A stretch of 64,000 bases of DNA, from contig NW_027192201.1 of assembly GCF_041956535.1 (NCBI RefSeq), positions 486,206-550,205 on the forward strand, in the 5' to 3' direction. The position numbers and the translations under genes are program-made. This document shows, piece after piece, positions 1 through 14,088 of the stretch. Within the stretch, counting starts at the first letter, position 1, and each line of letters begins with the position of its first letter. The notes below the pieces were generated by a model. It was not told the DNA's origin, made no database searches, and saw only the letters and a list, made by a program, of their open reading frames with translations. Source of the DNA: Calcarisporiella thermophila CBS 279.70 (lineage: Eukaryota; Fungi; Calcarisporiellomycota).

Positions 1-851
1 GACGCAAATATCAAGAGTGCAATCAAGACGATGGTTATTATGACGTTAAAGATAAAACACGCGAGTGACATCTTTGCCCATAATCTTTGTTTTTTATCTA
101 TTTTAAGGACAAGAGCATTAATACTGAGCGGAGACTTGGGAAAGAGGTACAATGGCTTACCTGGGTTTCGGATAAAACACGATCCAATGAGCCATAGGAA
201 AGGACAGCAGAATCCCGCGACAAACAGGATAAATGGAGAGGTCAGTTGGTTGCTGTCTCCCTCATTTTGGTACACATTGTATACAATAAAGGGCGGCTGC
301 TGATCGCCTGTCATGGATAGGGGTGCATACGGTAGCTTATGTGGGTTGAATGGTGTACTTTGTCTAGGTGTCTCGGGGGGGGATCTGGACTGTAAATCCG
401 GAGAATGGTCAGAGCCGTCAATGTTGAGCGAGACGTGCGGGACGGAGAGCGGGGAGTAGACGGGAGGCTGCGACAGATGGGAGGGGTTGTGCGGGGGAAA
501 TTCCCGAGGAGCCGCGAATGCTTCTGTCATGGATGCTTAATCAATGCTCTTGATTTCGGTTCGAGTTTAAGGTCGGTCTCCTCCGCTCCTCCTTTGTAGA
601 CCTGAGGGGCGGTGCTGGCCAATGGAGAGGCTCGAGAAAATCTCGAACGTTTGGTAGCCTTTTTTGGAGAGATTTCAGAAAACCGCCTCCGGCCGAATTG
701 CAGCTGATTTCCACCAATTTTCATGTTCAAAAAATGGGGGGCGGCCCAAGGCAAATTTAATCGGCCGTTCGTACTCGACTTGCACAAAAGTAACGAAAAC
801 TGTCGTTCCCCACCTTTTTCCCTCTAAGGTTTATATGCCGTTGCAGCAAGG

Positions 852-2000
852 ATGGCGAAACGCATCTCCATCGCCGAATTATGCAATGCCCCCGAGCCTC
901 ACATATCCCAAAGTATGCGTTTTCTCTCTGAAATGCGTGCTTTGTAGTCTGCTAACCCCCCCATCTCGATCTAGAGGGCGAGAGAGCCTCTATGCTCTCG
1001 CGAAACCGCGGCCATCTGCAGTCGGCCACCTTCGTGAGCAAGGCCCAGGATAGCTCGGAAGATCAGTACACACATACGGCTCATGCCTCCTCTCCATCTC
1101 CACAGGAGCAGCCGAGTCGCTTGCACCAATTCACAATGCAGGTGGGGCATGCCGTCAGCGCAGGTGCTGCAGTGTTGAGCGAGCAGGGGATGAGAAATCT
1201 ACGCTATTGTCTTGAGTGGCTACAGGTATGTTTGTCTAAGTGTGCGAATCATGTGAGGATTAGCTTGGCTAAGGGATTGCTGGATGTTTTAGTATGCCAT
1301 CTCCCAAATCGAATATCAAATTGCATCTCTCCGAGAACTTCTCTCATCGCTTAGCATCTCATCCACCGCCTCTCAACCCAGCACCGCCATTGTCCCCCAC
1401 ACTCTCAATACGGCTAAACGGGACGTGGTCGAGGTGTTACGCCGCGTGGTCGAGGTCGTCTCCCGTTATGCCGGGCAGATTCTCCCCGAGAACGCTCGCC
1501 GACATGTTAGAAGCTTTATATTGAGCCTGCCTTCTAGATGGACCCAACTGAACCATCAGAGCGGACACCCCTATTCCTCCCCCTCACTGGGCAGACCCTC
1601 TACGGAAGCCTCCGCCCCATCGTCTGTAGGCGGGGCCAGCGATGTGGAGGCTACGCGAAGAGTGCTTAACCTTGCCACAGAATCGGCCAACACGCTTCGA
1701 TCGGTGAAGAGCGTGCTGGGCGATACGCTCTACACGGCCGAGTTGTGGCTCGGCAAAGGCTCTTCCTGCGTTAGTCAGAATGGGGAGGGGGAGAGGGCCG
1801 CCAAGCAGGGTACTCCTATGTCTGAGGTGGAGAAGAATCAGGCGCAAAATAATACCGACAGCGGAAATGAAGACGAGGAGGAGGATGTGGATGAGTACAC
1901 TGACAACGCGGCCACCACGGGAGTAGAAGCGGTCTCAAATGAGGCGCGCATCGGGCTACATCGCCGTAGAACGAAGAGTCGCCCGGATCTCGCTTTATAA
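852..2000 (+). CDS. OPI1: Opi1-like transcriptional repressor (3 exons: 852-912, 975-1225, 1293-2000; ~339 aa)
   Basis: Splicing gives MAKRISIAELCN...MRNLRYCLEWLQ|YAISQIE...DVVEVLRRVVEVVSRYAGQILPENARRHVRSFILSLPSRW, matching the Opi1 family core. GT-AG introns keep the frame. Confidence 0.8.
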
Positions 2001-2304
2001 ACGCTTCCACGTGGAGGCAATTTAGTGACTAATTTATTGAAACTACACTAATGTAAGGCATGAGCGGATATACCATGCGGCGTCGTGTAATTAGTATTGT
2101 AATTGTAGTTTTTTTTTGTTTTATTTTCATTGGTATCTATCAGTGAATTTGTGCGTATAACTACTCTTTTTTTTTCTACTTTTTCTTCTTCGTCTTGATG
2201 AAGTATATAAAGTATAAAGTATAAACCAGAGCAACGGCATTTACATTGAGGAGAATATTAAAAACAGGCATAAGAAATAAAAAGAAATAAAAAGCTCCCC
2301 TCCA

Positions 2305-3382
2305 TCACGCTAATTCGCTCACAAACTCTAGAATCGAATCCACCTCTTTCATCACCGAACACCGCTCAAATCTCACCTCGGTCGTTAGGTGTTCGAAGCG
2401 GAACGGTTGATCCTCAAAGCCCAAATAGCGATCGCCTGGCATTGCATCACTCTCTTGTTGATCGAGGAGAGAGGCGGTTCGTGTGTGGCGGAGTCGATCC
2501 CTATTGATGAAGAAGTTGGGTCAGAAACTCTGCAAACAAGTCCACGGACGGGAACTAACTAGAGTCCTACATTTCGGCTTCTAGCATCTCTTGGATACGC
2601 TCCTTCTTCACTCCTGTCAACAAGTCCGCTTTATTGCAGGCAACCAGTACCGGTATCCGGTGCTTCTGGACGTGCTCGTTTGCTAGGATGTCATAGAGGT
2701 ATCTGGGGGTAACAAAGTCCGGGCTGATACATCAGCACCATTAAATACAATCGGAGAATCGCATATTACTAACTCTGCAATATCTCTTATACTCCTTGCA
2801 ACAGTAGAGCTGTCAATCACAAATACAACGCCACGAGCGAATGGTATGAACTCGTTCAACTTGAACCGCAAACGCTCGTGGCCGGGGATATCGACCAGGC
2901 GAATGGGTTTCTTGGTAACTGGCGTGCCCTACAGGGATGAGATGGTTAGTGTTCGGAGCGGAATCCTCTTTTAAGAGGTGTATATTACATCGGCGAACTT
3001 CAATTCAACCACGGCCACATTTTCCTTTAGAGAGGTGTGTGTCTCTGGGATCTCTCCAAAACGGAGCTAAGAACGTTATACGCATAGAGCGTTTATTGTT
3101 AGGCTTCGAAGGAGCTAGAGAATAAATGTATATTTACCTTCATGAAGAGCCCCGTTTTCCCAGACTCTGAAAGACCCGCAAGTAAGACTGCATCTCGTGC
3201 TACCCTCGAGCTTGTCCATCTCGATATGATGACTATTGAGAGCACGATGCCAGCAATGTTTAGTATAGGCAGCAGGCACCCTTGAAGAGCACACCAAGGC
3301 AATATTTACCCAATAGAAGTGTCGTCACTATTAACACTGCGGCCGTTATTAACACATGCCTATAGTCGATTATGAAGTCCAT
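2305..3382 (-). CDS. SRP102: Signal recognition particle receptor beta subunit (Arf-like GTPase with N-terminal TM anchor), multi-exon
   Basis: N-terminal TM helix, P-loop GLSESGKT, DIPGHERLR, VFVIDS, NKAD, C-terminal FRFEHL...ILEFVSELA*. Confidence 0.85.
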
Positions 3383-3631
3383 CGCCGCGGTCCTAAATTA
3401 CGTGTCAACTGGTCGACCGCACCGAAAATCAATTGAATTTGGCCCGAGGTTAGGTTACGCCCTGTGACCAGCTTTTTTATTTACATTATTTCTATTTGAC
3501 CGTTCGGTCGGCTTTCGAGTCTTGTTGCTAGCGCTGTCTTTGCAAAACGGTCTTGGTTGGTGACCCTCCGCAATTTCCCCTCTCTCTCTTCATTTTCTTC
3601 TCTGCAATCTACTTATAAGTCTAATATCATA

Positions 3632-6600
3632 ATGGATGTAAGTTGGATGCTTGGCAAAGATGTCGACGTGAAAGTGTAAAGAGGGCAAGAATGAAGCCAT
3701 CGATGCTCATCTTGTTTTGTGCTTTATAGCAATTTCTAGCCGGTTTGGACGGGCTACTCAATGAACTGGTTTTCAGCAATGATAACGAAAAGTTGAAAAA
3801 TGTGGGCATCTTTTTCTAAAATCAAATTTATATACACGGCTCTAAAATTCCATATCCAATACAGGCCACGGCCACACTAAATGCCCAATACTATAACAGC
3901 CCAAACTGCGTGCCCGCGCTTGTTGAAATTGTACAAAGGTCACCCCACTGGCAAGTAAGTGTCGCTTCCCCCTCACCCCAGCAACAGACTTCAATGCTAT
4001 GGACTCTTTAAGTTGACTCCTACTCTGTGGAATAGGTGCGACAGCTAGCGGCAGTTGAATTGCGCAAGCGTAACAGCAAGTGGTGGAGCAATGTCGATAC
4101 TGCCACCCAGGATGGAATAAAATCAAAACTGCTCGAAGTGGTGATGCAAGAACCGAAGTAAGATGACTCATCCATCCTGCACAACCACTTTTTTTTTGTG
4201 GAATAGCTGCTTATTTTCTCTTACCTCAGTGATCTTGCTCGCCATACAATTGCACGTGTCATTTCCTCGGTTGCCAAGATTGAACTCCCCGAGGGCAGAT
4301 GGACTGAGCTCCTACAGTTTCTGTACCAGTGTTGCGCAAGCACCACCGCTGGCCACCGGGAGGTCGGCATCTACGTGCTGTTTACTCTCTTTGAAGTGGT
4401 GCCGGAAATCTTCACCGCACACACCCAGCAGCTATTCGAATTGTTCGGTCGCATGTTGAACGACGGGGAGAGCAAAATTGTGCGTGTCACAACACTACAG
4501 GCCCTTTCAAAACTCGCAGAATACATCGAGGAGGACAACAAGGCCGAGGCCAAGATGTTCCGCGATCTTGTCCCTTCGATGGTCACCGTTCTCCAGCAAT
4601 GCATTGCCGAGGGCGACGAAAACGGCGCCGAAAAAGGCTTCGAGCTGTTCGACAACTGCCTAATGCTCGAGGCCCCGCTCTTGTCCGATCACCTCGCGCA
4701 ATTGATCGAATTCTTCCTCAACGTCGCCTCCAACCAGCAATGTGATGACTCGATCAGAGTGATGGCGCTCTCCTTTATGATGTGGATCCCGATCTACAAA
4801 AAGAGCAAGCTGCGCAGCCTGAAGCTGGTGACACCCATCATCCAGCGCATCCTCCCCATTGGAGCGGAGGACGAGCCCGAAGATATCGAAGAGGATTCCC
4901 CCGCTAGACTGGCCTTCAAGGTGCTCAACTCAATCTCAACCAACTTGCCCCCTCAACAAGTCTTCCCCACCGTCATGGAGCACGTCGTGTCCTACATGCA
5001 GAACCCCGACCCCAAATTCCGCAAGGCCGCCATGATGGCGTTCATGGTGATGGTCGACGGGTGTGCTGACTACATGCGGCCCAAGTTCAACGAGCTTCTC
5101 CCTTTGGTGTGCGCTGGACTCCAGGACCCGGAGATCATTGTGAGAAGGGCTGCTTGCATGGCACTGGGCTCCATTGCTGAGGAGCTTGGCGAGGAGATCG
5201 CCTCCCACCACGCCACCCTGCTCCCGCTTGTCTTCAACCTCATGAACGACACCCACCCCGAGATGGTGAAGACGTCTTGCAACGCCTTGGATTCGATTCT
5301 CGAGGGGATGGGCGAGGACATTGTGGAGTATCTGCCCGCCTTGATGGAGAAGCTTGGCATCCTTCTCGAGCATGGCCAGCACGAGACCCGCGTTACCGTC
5401 GTGGGCGCCTTGGGAAGCGCAGCCCATGCGGCCGAGGAGAAGTTTGTGCCCTACTTCCCGCAGGTGATTGCTCGTTTGCAGCAGCTGATGGCGCTGAAAG
5501 GCAGTCAGGATGAGCTTTTGCTCCGAGGGATCGTCACCGATACCGTTGGCGCGGTGGCAGAGGCCGTCGGCGCCGAGGTCTTCCGACCCTACTTTGCCCC
5601 CCTAATGCAGCTTGCCCTGGAGGGCATGCAACTCGACGAGTCCCGTCTGCGCGAGTGCTCGTACTGCTTCTTTGCCATCATGGCTCGCGTGTTTGAGGAC
5701 GAGTTCTCGCCCTACCTCGACACCATAGTGCCGCAGCTTCTCCAGTCCCTGCAGAAGAACGAGATGGACAGCCTCGAGGCGGCCGTGGAGGGTGCAGAGG
5801 ATGACGAAGACATCGACGAGGATGAGGCGGCAAATGCGCTCAACGTGAGCTCCGCCATCGCCAACGAAAAGGAAATGGCCGCGGATGCCATTGGCGAGAT
5901 CTTCGAACACACCCGAGGCTCATTCTTGAACTATGTGGAGCCGTGCGCGAACGAGCTTGTCAAACTGATGGATCACTATGACGACGCTGTGCGCAAGGCC
6001 GGCGTTGGTGCGCTCTTCCAGTTTGCGAAGACCTTCTACTCCATGTCGAGCCCCGCCCCGTGGGAGGCTGGGCTGCCCCTGAAGGTTGCGGTGCACGAGA
6101 ACGTGGCCTCCATGATCAAGATCGTGACCCCGGCCATCCTCCACTGCCTGGAGGAGGAGGAGGACAAGATGGTGGTGGTGCAGATCTGCCAGGAGTTTGC
6201 CTCCATCCTCAAGCTGGTTGGCCCGTGCATTGTGGCTGAGCATGTCGACACCCTGTGCAACCTGGTCCTCGCCATCCTCGAGAAGAAGGCGCCATGCCAA
6301 CAGGACGAGGGCGAGGACGTTTTGGACGAGGACGAGCAAGCAGAGCACGACGCCATGGTGATCTCGGGTGCGGCGGACGTCATCGGCGCGCTGGCGCTCG
6401 CGCTCGGCCCCAACTTCGCCGACTACTTCAAGGTGTTCTTCCCGCTCATTGCCAAATACTACAAGAAGTCCAAGTCGCCCTCGGACCGTTCCATGTCCAT
6501 CGGCTGCCTGAGCGAGTGCTGCGCTGGCCTCAAGACGGCCATCACTGACTTCACCGAGGAGCTTCTGAGACTGTTCCAGACCGCGCTGCGTGACGAGGAA

Positions 6601-7077
6601 GAGGAGGTGCGCAGCAATGCCGCCTACGGAACCGGCGTCCTCTGCCTGCACTCCCAGGTCGACCTCTCTCCTCAGTATCCAGCCCTACTGCATGCGCTGC
6701 ACCCGCTCTTCCACGGTCAAACCCTTCCCAACGTGACGGACAACGCGTGTGGCGCGGTCTGTCGCATGATCTCCGCCCGCCCCGACGCCGTCCCGCTCGA
6801 CGACGTGCTCCCGGTGCTTGTTGGCCAGCTGCCGCTTAAGCGCGATTTCGCAGAGAACGAGCCCGTGTACCGTTGCATCTTCCAGCTGTTCCAGGCTCAG
6901 AACTCTTGGGTCAACCAGAACGTGCCCGCCTTCCTGCACGTGTTCGAGCAGGTTCTGGACGCAGAGGAGCAGCTTACTCCCGTGACAAGGGAACTGATGA
7001 TCGAGTTGGTACGGTTCATCCACCGCCAGATGCCCCAGCTAAACATCGCTCAGAGTGGGCTCGCAAAATACTTGTGA
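3632..7077 (+). CDS. KAP123: Importin beta-4 / karyopherin Kap123 (HEAT repeats), 5 exons, first coding exon only 6 nt (MD)
   Basis: VRQLAAVELRK importin-beta N domain, HEAT repeats, acidic loops, EVRSNAAYGTG, DNACGAVCRMI, LPLKRDFAENEPVY. Confidence 0.9.
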
Positions 7078-7600
7078 TTCCACTGTGGCTAGCCTGTGGT
7101 AGCCCCATCGTTATCCGGCCCCCCATCCCTCTAGACTTTTTTTGCTTTTCCAATCTCCGGTTCTAGATTCCCCATCATTTCCTCCTCCCTCCTCCCTCCT
7201 CCCATTCCCCCTCTATTTCTCTTTATATTTCGACTCCTTTTTCATTCATTATTATCATTCTTATACATATGTTCTATTTTTATAGTTGATAATGAAAACT
7301 GATATTTTATGACAGCTCGGACGGCTCAGGAATGTGTCGATGAAGAGGCTGTGTGTATTTGCAAAAAGAAAAAGTAACAAAAAATAACAAAGAAAAGGTA
7401 AACGAGACACGCAACAAATAAACATTAGAAAACAATCCAAATAAAAATAAGAGGGTGACAAGTTTAAACCTAGTATCATCTCCATTTAGATATGTGAGCA
7501 CAGCTTTTTTTTTGGTTTTTGTAAATGCGTCTGTTCGGTTACAAGTGACATCATGAAAATAATACAAGAGCTAAAAAAAATTCAAAATTAGAAGCTTTTG

Positions 7601-10600
7601 TTATGAACCCGAGGGGGACCGGTGCTCATGGGCGGGTGGCGGAGGCTCCGAGTATTGGGCAGAGGAGTGAGTGAGGAGCGATGGCAGTGTCGATGAAGTC
7701 GCCGAGAGTCCATCGGGAGGGGCAGGCATGTGCGGAGAATGCTGCGGGTAAGCGGGGGCGTGGGTTATTGAGCGGCCCATGATGGAGGGGAGCGATGTGG
7801 GCGAGGGGTTGTGCGAGGATATCGGGCGATGGGGCGTCAGGGGGGGGTGCGGGTGTGAATGGTGCATGGAATGGTGCTGTGCGGGGGGTGGCGGGGTGAA
7901 CTGGCGGTGGCCGGGGGACGAAGGGAGGTGGGCAGGGGGTTTGGCCTCGGCTAGGGACTCCTCTTGCTTAACTCCGGCGGCACTCGATCGGGGAGAGACG
8001 ATGGGGGAGGTTGATATTCCCGTGGATGGGGCCGAGAATGGGATGGCGTTGGCGCCCATCGACGATATCGGCGAATAATGGTCCGGGTAGTGTGTATGGG
8101 TAGAGGCGGGATAGTTGTAGCCGGGGGCGGCTTCGGCGGAGGGTGACCGGTATGGATAGGGATAACGTGCGGAGTACATGCCGGGCGGATAGGCTGGGTT
8201 TCCTGAGGGATAATAGGGTTGCGGATGCGAGGTTTCGGCCGGCGCGTTAGCCTGGGTTTGCTTCGTGGGCGAGGACGGCACTGCGGATGGGTAGGAATTG
8301 CCGTGGGGATATGAGGGCCGAGAAGCATAGGAATACGAGGAATAGGAAGAGGGGTGCGAGTAGCGGTTGTATTGATCGGCCGAAGAGGCACCGGGTTTAT
8401 AGTACGAGGAATGGTATCCGGGGGGCGGGCCAGGGGCAGTATAAGGGGCGGCCACCGCCGTACAGCTCGACTCGTCCTGCTCCCGGGCGGGCTCGGATGG
8501 TCCGCCAAAATAATCTCTTATCGCATTTGTTCTCCATTGTCTCTCGTCCTTCTCGTCGTCCGTGGACGCGTTCAGAAGGCTGCCAATATTGGTTACACGA
8601 CGAGGGCCGTTCGTGATCTCCTGCGAAGATTGCGGCGGCTGACCGGTGTCCAAGCCGTTCTCGGCGGAGTCCCTCGGTGCAATTACGTGTGAAGTGTGCT
8701 GCGAGGGTGAATCTTCCTGCTCAGACTTCGGCTGGGAGGGCTTGCTGTCGGTCGAGGGCCGGAGCGGCGGCTCGACCATAACCGGCGTTTCTTCTTGGGG
8801 AGGCTGCGACTTCTTCGAATTTGGATTTTCGGCAGGGGGCTCGGCCTTCTCCGTCTCCCTCAACCTCCGGCTCTCAAACTCCTCCACAATCTTGCCCAGC
8901 CCGAGTTTGTCGCCGTTGTTCTGGAAATAGTTGCGCACTTGTGTGGCCGTTTTGGACCCGATGGCGTTCGAAACCTCCTCCCAGTCCTTACCGTAGAGCT
9001 TGATGGCCCGGAGGAACTCCTGCTTCTCGGCCATTGACCAATACGAGGAAAAAGTTTGACGGCGCGTGGGTCCTTTGGCAGGCACGGTCTGGGGCTCGTA
9101 GGTGTCCTTGTCAGTCGCGGATTCGTCGGCGGTCGCGACGCGAGTGCGCCGCCTTTTCCCATCCTGCCGGGCTGGTGGGTATGCATCCCCGCTGCGATCC
9201 TCCTCGTCCTCGCCAAGAATCGCAGGGGTGGTCTGATCCTCCTCCTGCTCCAGATACTCGCTCGGCTCCAGAGACGGGGTCATCATGGCCTCTTCGCTCT
9301 CGTCGTCCTCAGGGCCGGCCGTGGATCGGGAAGAGGTGGCCCCCTGGGCCCTCCGACGCCCGTCCTTCCCCCGCCTAGCTCTGCCCTCTTTTCCCGAGGT
9401 TTTTGCGGCGCGTCTCCCCTCCGACGAATTATGGCGCCTACCACCGGAGCCGGCGCTGTGGACCATGGGCGTCGCAGCGGCCGAACTAGACTCCGTCTCG
9501 AAGTCGTCCTCCGCGGTCCCAGCCTCATCCTCCATCTCGCTGGCGGCAGCGCCCGCATCCACCGAAAGAATGTTCTGCCCAAACCTCCGTCGGAACTGCT
9601 CATAGAACCAGGAGCACTGCGCCTCGGTCTTGGTGCCGACCAGCCGAGCCACCATCTCGAAATCCTGGCCGTGCTCTTTGAACGCCTCGATGGCAATCAT
9701 GCGGTCGTCATACGTCCAAACGGCGGTGGGCACGACATCCAGCGACGACAGCCCATCCTCTTCCTCCTCGTCGGCTAGGTTCACCTCATCCCCCTCCTCT
9801 TCGGGCTCGGTCGGCGTCGGAGGCAAGGGGGGCTCGCGGAATGACCTTGCGCTACGTCTTCCACTGCGTTCTCTGCGTCGCGAAGAAACGGCAGACAGCT
9901 CGCTGGTGTCGCTCTCCTCGAGGGCGCGCTGTCTAGATCCAGCACGGCGCTTTTCACCCAGTGTGGCCGTGGCCTTCCATGAGGGTGATTCGTCGACCTC
10001 GCGGTTGTTTCGTGAGACTTTGCGGGAGTTATTTGCCTGGCCAATATCGTCCAACAAAGCGCTCCCCTTGTTCCGCTGTGAACGCGTCAGGGGCACCTTC
10101 TCCTTCCGCTTATTCGCAAAGGAGGCCAGGGCGCCGCTATTCTTCTTTCTTCGGCTAGAGCGAGAGTTGAACGCGCCCTTGAAGTCGATCTGCTTTTTGT
10201 TGCGGTAGTAGAAGAGAACGCACTGCTGCGAGGTCTTGTTGGGGAGGAAGCTCGCGATCTTCCCAAACTGCTTCGGGAACGAGGCATACTTCTTGATGAA
10301 AATCTGGCGCTCCTCCTCCGTCCAATTGTCCTTCTCGACGTTGATGTGGTAATGTTTAAGGGGATCCTCGACGAGCCCGTTGCGGTCGTCGAACCAGACC
10401 CGGTTGCGCTCGTTCTCATCCAGAATCATGGGCGGAACGGTGGCGGTTGTGCGAAGGGCGCGCAGATCGGGATTACGCATATCCGCCGTCTCAAGCGACC
10501 GAATGATCTCCAAAAACTCCGCCTCGCTCCTGACCGCGTCGCTTGCATAGGTACCGGCTGCGTTGCGGCGCGTCGAACGGAAAGAGGTCAGGAGCGGAGA

Positions 10601-13600
10601 CTGGGGAGAGGAGGACTCGCTCTCCAGCAGCGAGATGTCGTCCACCTTCTTTTTCTTCTTGCGCTCCATGGTTTTTTCGAGCTTGAGGATCCGCTGCTGC
10701 CAGGTATCGTAATAGTGCTTATACTGGCGCTTCAATTCGGCCTCTTTCTGCGAGAGCGCTTGAAGCTTCTGGTGGAGATATTTCGCGAGCAAGGGCCGCG
10801 TGCGCTCGTGGCTCTCGATGTTCCGCTTGTAGGAGGGGAAGTCCTCAATACTCCGGTAGACTTGCATATCCACCAAGGTGGCCGACCACAGCTTGGTTTC
10901 AGCTAGGCTCTTCCTTTGATTCTCCTCGTAGATGGTCTGGATTAGATCGGCGAGATCGGAGTTCACCTCCTTCTTGCACGCAACCGAAATGACCTCCACC
11001 GCTGAGAACGGGGACAACCGAGTCTTCTTGAGGTTGACCGTATGATCATCCGTCATGTCACCCTGATCTCCATCGACGTCCACTAGCTCATCCTCCGCGG
11101 TGTCATTGTTCTCATCAATGGCAACAATATCCTCGGCCGGCGAAGCCTTCGACGGCTCCTCAACCGAGCTATTATCAATTTCCACCTTGACGTCTTCGCT
11201 ATCGGTCGCCTTCGCTGCCATGTCCGTTGAGTCATCCTCTGCCAGCACGGTCAGAGGGCTAGTATCGAGCTTCTCCGCCTTTATCTCTACCGTCATTTCC
11301 ACAACCGACTTGTGAGGAGTCTGAACATCAACCAGGGCTCCGGAGGGAGCGTCCGTCGCCTTCTCCTGTGGAGCCCCAGTTTGCACGCTCTCAAGCCTAG
11401 CCTGTTGTCGAGACGCTCTTTCCGCCGCCTTTCTCGTCTTCTTTTCCTGAATTGCAGAGAGATAGCTCTCATAGCGTGCGATCTCACCGTCGAGTTTGTC
11501 GATAGCGTTGAATATTTGTTCCTGTGTCAAGTGGCTGTTTGGATCCTCTGGGGGAGGCGGTTCGGTAGAGGGGGGTGGGTGTATAGCGGAGTCGGATATT
11601 GAGTGCGAGGGTGCCAGCGATGTGGGAGTAGGTGGGTGTGGTGGTGTTGTTGTTTTAGGAAGAGGACTTACAGTGTCAGTAACAGGGAGAGCCGTCGGAA
11701 GGGTCGTGATGAAAGGCTTCTCAGGAGGGTTGCATATAGGGCCCCACCGAGATTTCGACGCGGACCGACCTGACTTGGGTTCGCGCGGCAACTTCGCAAG
11801 AATTTCTTCCGGCCCTTTGGAGGGAGGGTTTTGGCCACTGTCTCTTGCCCCATCGGCTGAGCCGGGAGTCTCTAAACGAATTTCGGCATCGGAAGATAGG
11901 GCGCGTGCATTCACTGAATTTGAGACCGGTTCAGTCGCGGTGGAGACTCCCTCTCCCCTCTCTGCCCTCGGTGTCGGAGCATTGTTAGAGGCGGGAGGTA
12001 ACGGCTCGGGGCTAGTGGCAGGCTTCTGAGGAATGACTAGTGGAGGGGATCCAGCATTGAATAAAGTGGTATTTTCCTCGGGAGCCCCGGCCACACCGTT
12101 ACTCTTGGAGGGCGGAGCATTACCAGGCTCAACGGAGAGTTCCTCAGCTGAGTAATGGGGGGATACCATTGGTTGTGGTGCTGAGTAGCCGGCCAAAGAA
12201 TCCGTCTGACCTTCGGCGTGACGTGTTTCACTGGAGGCCTGAGAGATGTGAACCTCCCCTGGTTTCGAAATTTCGGTGGAAACTCTGTTGTTTTCAGAAA
12301 TAGCTTCATCAAGGAGCTCACCCTCTTCACTGATATCTCCACCCTGCTTTCCAGAGGAGCGTTGCCCAGAATCCTTCTTTTCGCTCGCCTCCTCGCTAGG
12401 GAGTACGGGTGCATCCGGAGTTGGGGTATGTCTAACCGACCAGCGGCTTTGCCTTGGTTCGTCTGTCGAATTACCCCATAATGGCCGGGAATGGTCAGGC
12501 CTTCTGTGTGCGCCAACCTCCATACCCTCTTCATGAGGCTGCGCAGGTCGTTCCCAGCCATGACGCGGGACATCTTCCCGCCTTGACCCAGCATAGTTCG
12601 CATACCCACGCTCAGGGGTACGCTTTCTTTTCCCGGACGGAGCGGATCCCGTCGAAGAGAGTGAAGGCGAGTGCGCGCGAAGTTTCGGCGATCTTGATGC
12701 TGAGGATGTCGGAGATACAAGAGACGACGCCGTCCCCGATCGCGAGGCCTCTGCCGCTTCCTTAAAATTAGCATCATCATGGTCCGCGGGCCGGGTCGGA
12801 GTAGTCCCGCCACTTCTAGAGGAAGATCTCGACGGGTTAAAACGTTCGTGCGTGTGGACCTGTTTCGACGGCCTGAAGCTGTCATAGGATCTTCGGGGAT
12901 AGTCGGGGGCTGAGGCAGACAGAGCCCGCGAACTTCGGTTATTCAGCGAGGGTGCACCCTCGCGGTCTCTCTCCGAAGGTGGCTCGTTATGACGATTAGG
13001 CGGGCCGCTTCGATCCGTGGTAGATTTATCGGGGCGATAAGAGTCATACCGGGAGCCTTCAGAATATCGCCCTCCTGCAGGTCGTGAGGGAAGGCTGGCC
13101 GTCTCCCTTCGGTCTCGCTCACCTTCGCCCCAGCTGCCCGTGCGTTCTCTAGGCCGCTCTGGTTCAAATCGGTCGAAATCCCGCCTCCTTTCATACCCTC
13201 GCTCGTCCTCCTTTTCTCTATCCCATCGGCGCTTATCGAATCGGCTTCCTCGATCCTTATCACGATCAGGAGACCCCCCTCGGGAACCCCACTGGTGCCA
13301 GCGGCTCTCGCTTCCGCTACGAGAATAGCTGTCGCCTCGAGGCCGAAAATTACGGTACGACGAAGCCCAATTGCTACTCCCTGTGCCACTCTGCCGTTGA
13401 TTCGAGGATTCGTTGGGAGAGAACGGGGCACTCTCCTCGCGAGAGGAATAGAGATCGTTGTATTTTACACGACTTCGACCAGCTAATGACGGTGCGGCAT
13501 CCGGCGATGAGTCCATGTAGAACGCACTTCGACGCTCTTCTCTATTCGGAGAGAGGGCGGGTGATCTCTCGTCTCCCTCAAAATACGATCCAGGTTGGTT

Positions 13601-14088
13601 GTCGAAGCGACGACCAGACGGCCCCGTCGGCAGCGTATTCCCGTGCCCTGGCTCGTTAATCAGATCATCATACTGGATGGGAGAGCGATCGTATAAATAT
13701 CGGTTGGATGGGATATTGGTAGCAGCTTCATCTCGAAAGTGATCTCTGGAATAGAGGATAGCAAAAGGATGGAAAGTTAAAAATGAATTCTAACGAACAC
13801 ACCGAAAACAAACAACAACATTATGGAACAACAGCAGCTATTTCGTTGGCCAAAAAGAAGAAAGAAGAGGAAAATTTACCTGTCTTGAGGAGGACGCCGT
13901 CTATACCGATCATTGCGAAATCGTCCAAAATAATCCTCTCGATCTCGTCTTGGGTAACTGTATGAATCATACCGAGAAGAGCCAGATGATCGCGCACGCA
14001 TATCCTCTTCAAAACTGCCTCCATCGCCGCGGCGATTTGCTCCTGGCGATCGCGATCTTGATCGACTAGCACGATGGTAAGAGGACAT
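7601..14088 (-). CDS. SNT1: Snt1/NCoR-like SANT (Myb-like) domain HDAC corepressor scaffold, >2100 aa, 2 exons (14088-13880, 13745-7601)
   Basis: DAVRSEAEFLEII, ATVPPMIL, SANT1 WTEEERQIFIKKYASFPKQFGKIASFLPNKTSQQCVLFYY, two further SANT repeats (WTYDDR..., YWSMAEKQEF...QVRNYF), R/D/S-rich N-terminus, Pro-rich tail. Confidence 0.85.

Noticed and set aside
4936-13486. Numerous antisense and alternate-frame ORFs within KAP123 and SNT1
   Set aside because: Same codon-bias artefact. No independent splice or domain evidence.
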